Positions 40,864-42,777 of a stretch of 42,777 nt of DNA are shown piece after piece. The translations under genes were made by a program, and so were the position numbers. Under the pieces are notes generated by a model that was not told where the DNA came from, did no database searches, and worked only from the letters and a program-made list of their open reading frames with translations. Origin of the DNA: Clostridia bacterium (GTDB lineage: Bacteria > Bacillota > Clostridia > Christensenellales > Borkfalkiaceae); NCBI GenBank assembly GCA_017414525.1, contig JAFQLO010000008.1, forward strand, positions 1-42,777. The letters are read 5' to 3'. Position 1 is the first letter of the stretch; the number at the start of each line of letters is the position of its first letter.

Positions 40864-42126
40864 ATGCAAGATTTAATAAAGAAGTTAAACGGCGGCAGCA
40901 TGGAAGACAGACTTAACGCGCTAAAAGAAATCGTTAAGACAGAAAAAGAAAAGCCTGTTCGCCGCGATAACGATGCAAACAACCACATTCATACCATTTA
41001 TTCTTTCTCTCCGTACTCTCCCACGAAAGCCGCTTATATGGCTTATAAGGCAGGGCTTACCAGTGCGGGAATTATGGACCACGATAGCCTTTCTGGCGTA
41101 GAAGAGTTCAAAAAAGCTTGCGAAATCGTTGGCTTGGGCTCAACTTGTGGCGTGGAAGTAAGATGTAAATATAACAAGGGATTTGGCAAGATGAACCACC
41201 CCGACCAAGCGGAATGCATTTATATGGCGGCTCACGGTATTCCCGCACAAAACGTTAAGGCGTTCAACGAATATTTAGCACCTTATCGCCAGAAGAGAAA
41301 CGAGCGTGACGCAGAGATGTGCAAACTCATTACTGGCAAGTTCGGTAAATTCGGCGTGGAATTAGATTTTGATAAGGACGTTAAGCCTTTATCTGAAGCG
41401 CAAGACGGCGGCAGCGTAACTGAAAGACACCTTCTTTACGCTTTGGCTGTTAAACTCGATAAAAAATTCGGCAGAACTCCTGAACTTATCGCTTTTCTTG
41501 AAAACGATTTGGGACTTAAAGTTTCCGATAAAATTAAGGGTTTCCTCTTGGACGCTGAAAACGAACACTTCCTTTACGACCTTTTAGGCGTGCTTAAAGC
41601 AGATACTGCCTTCTTCTATATCGATGCAGACGAAGAAATGCCCGATGCGGAAGAATTCGTTAAAAAGGCAAAAGAATTCGGCGCAATTCCCGCTTACGCA
41701 TACCTCGGCGACGTTGGCGATTCTGTAACTGGAGACAAAAAGGCGCAGAAGTTTGAGGACGATTTCCTCCCTGAACTCATTAAAGAAATTAAAAAGTCGG
41801 GTTTCTTAGCGTGTGCGTATATGCCCACCAGAAACACTCCCGCTCAACTTCAAAGACTCGGCAAGATGCTCAAAGAAAACTGCTTGTTCGAGATAAGCGG
41901 CGAAGACGTTAACTCACCTCGTCAGAAGTTTGCTTGTGCGGCTCTCGCTCTTCCCGAATACGCTCACCTCATTGATTCTACTTGGGCACTCATCGGTCAC
42001 GAGGCAATTTCCTCTGAAAAGGGCGTTGAATACGGAATGTTCTCCGAAAAGAGCATAAAAGAAACACCCGACCTTTACGAAAGAATTAAAAAGTTTGCGG
42101 CTATCGGCCACGCAACTGTAAAATAA
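40864..42126 (+). CDS. PHP (polymerase/histidinol-phosphatase) domain metal-dependent phosphoesterase-like protein
   Basis: N-terminal PHP motif NNHIHTIYSFSPYS...AGIMDHDS. 420 aa. Specific function unknown. Confidence 0.65.
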   Translation: MQDLIKKLNGGSMEDRLNALKEIVKTEKEKPVRRDNDANNHIHTIYSFSPYSPTKAAYMAYKAGLTSAGIMDHDSLSGVEEFKKACEIVGLGSTCGVEVRCKYNKGFGKMNHPDQAECIYMAAHGIPAQNVKAFNEYLAPYRQKRNERDAEMCKLITGKFGKFGVELDFDKDVKPLSEAQDGGSVTERHLLYALAVKLDKKFGRTPELIAFLENDLGLKVSDKIKGFLLDAENEHFLYDLLGVLKADTAFFYIDADEEMPDAEEFVKKAKEFGAIPAYAYLGDVGDSVTGDKKAQKFEDDFLPELIKEIKKSGFLACAYMPTRNTPAQLQRLGKMLKENCLFEISGEDVNSPRQKFACAALALPEYAHLIDSTWALIGHEAISSEKGVEYGMFSEKSIKETPDLYERIKKFAAIGHATVK

Positions 42127-42152
42127 AAAAATTTATTTAGGAGATATATATT

Positions 42153-42777
42153 ATGAGTACACTTAACTTGAATGGAAAAGTAGCAGTAGTAACCGGTGCA
42201 AGCCAAGGTCTTGGTGAAGCACTTGCAATGCGTCTTGACAGCGAAGGCTGCAAGGTTGCAGTTTGCGATATTAACTTTGACGGTGCGCAGGCTGTTGCAT
42301 CAAAACTTAAAGACGCTATGGCTCTCGCTGTAGACGTAACTAAATACGACCAGTTAGAAGCTGCTGCAAAAGCAGTAATCGAAAAATGGGGGAAAGTTGA
42401 CGTTCTTATCTGTAACGCAGCAATCGTTAAGAGCGGTGACATCTTCAATCTTTCACCCGAAGCGTTCGGTCTTGTTACCAACATTAACTTGAACGGTTAC
42501 TTTAACACCGTTAAGGCTTTCGCTCCTTATATGTTAGAAGCAAAAAGCGGTAGCATTATTCAAATCAACTCTAAGTCAGGCAGAAAGGGTAGCTTTAAAA
42601 ACGGCGCATACGCTGCAAGTAAGTTCGGTGGCGTAGGTCTTACCCAATCACTCGCTCTTGAATTCGCTGAACAGGGCGTAAGAGTAAACTGCATTTGCCC
42701 CGGTAACCTTCTTAACTCTCCGCTTTGGGTAAACAGCCTCTTCAAACAGTACGCTGCAAACCAAGGTATCACCGAGG
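42153..42777 (+). CDS. Short-chain dehydrogenase, sorbitol-6-phosphate 2-dehydrogenase (SrlD/GutD)-like, 3' end outside the window
   Basis: This ORF is not in the supplied track because it runs off the window. TAGGAG lies 9 nt upstream of ATG 42153. Translation: MSTLNLNGKVAVVTGASQGLG...IIQINSKSGRKGSFKNGAYAASKFGGVGLTQSLALEFAEQGVRVNCICPGNLLNSPLW. This closely parallels the E. coli SrlD block INSKSGKVGSKHNSGYSAAKFGGVGLTQSLALDLAEYGITV..LMLGNLLKSPMF. Confidence 0.75.
   Translation, partial: MSTLNLNGKVAVVTGASQGLGEALAMRLDSEGCKVAVCDINFDGAQAVASKLKDAMALAVDVTKYDQLEAAAKAVIEKWGKVDVLICNAAIVKSGDIFNLSPEAFGLVTNINLNGYFNTVKAFAPYMLEAKSGSIIQINSKSGRKGSFKNGAYAASKFGGVGLTQSLALEFAEQGVRVNCICPGNLLNSPLWVNSLFKQYAANQGITE

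Noticed and set aside
42137-42772. Two minus-strand ORFs (42137..42484 and 42560..42772) at the window end
   Set aside because: They are antisense to a plus-strand frame with a clear ribosome-binding site, a Rossmann TGASQGLG motif and strong similarity to SrlD. The plus-strand gene is missing from the track only because it has no stop codon inside the window.
1-42777. Mobile-element, prophage, defence-system, toxin-antitoxin, RiPP or NRPS/PKS biosynthetic genes, and tRNA or rRNA genes
   Set aside because: I scanned the translations for transposase DDE, integrase, recombinase, Cas, restriction-modification, Abi, nuclease-helicase, radical-SAM and condensation-domain signatures, and scanned the DNA for tRNA-like cloverleaf candidates near the repeats. 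I found none that I could support. The accessory character of the 9.8-31.4 kb locus rests on its gene content, not on mobility markers.

Overview
This 42.8 kb window looks like a low-GC Firmicutes (Clostridia-like) anaerobe chromosome. It has GGAGG-type ribosome-binding sites, near-consensus sigma-A promoters (TTGACA-17-TATAAT), stem-loop terminators and an [FeFe]-hydrogenase. All family names below come from reading motifs by eye; no search was run.

Gene order:
- A 5'-truncated AspT/YidE-type permease.
- A LysR regulator followed by a monomeric [FeFe]-hydrogenase, on the minus strand.
- A cytoplasmic rhamnoside module: GH78 alpha-L-rhamnosidase, a GH106-like hydrolase and a DMT-type permease.
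- A large accessory locus (about 9.8-31.4 kb), described below.
- Housekeeping genes: a phosphohexomutase and a P-type Ca2+-ATPase.
- A tightly packed operon of DUF1538 membrane protein, fused double P-II-like protein, anchorless Ser/His S26-like peptidase and proA.
- A consensus-promoter mini-transcript with a 30-aa ORF, then about 3.5 copies of a roughly 108-bp tandem repeat.
- A PHP-domain protein and a 3'-truncated SrlD-like short-chain dehydrogenase.

The accessory locus is the best candidate for something undescribed. It contains an AraC regulator and a CUT1-type ABC importer with no ATPase gene, whose lipoprotein binding protein is oversized and Cys-rich. It also contains a 2415-aa lipoprotein and a 1401-aa secreted protein built from the same repeated modules, joined by His/Cys knuckle linkers, with a 43-aa acidic ORF between them. 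Three paralogues of an unrecognised enzyme-like family complete it: one lipoprotein and two tandem cytoplasmic copies. I read it as a Gram-positive glycan capture and import system.

I found no transposase, integrase, phage, CRISPR-Cas, tRNA/rRNA or recognisable defence gene.
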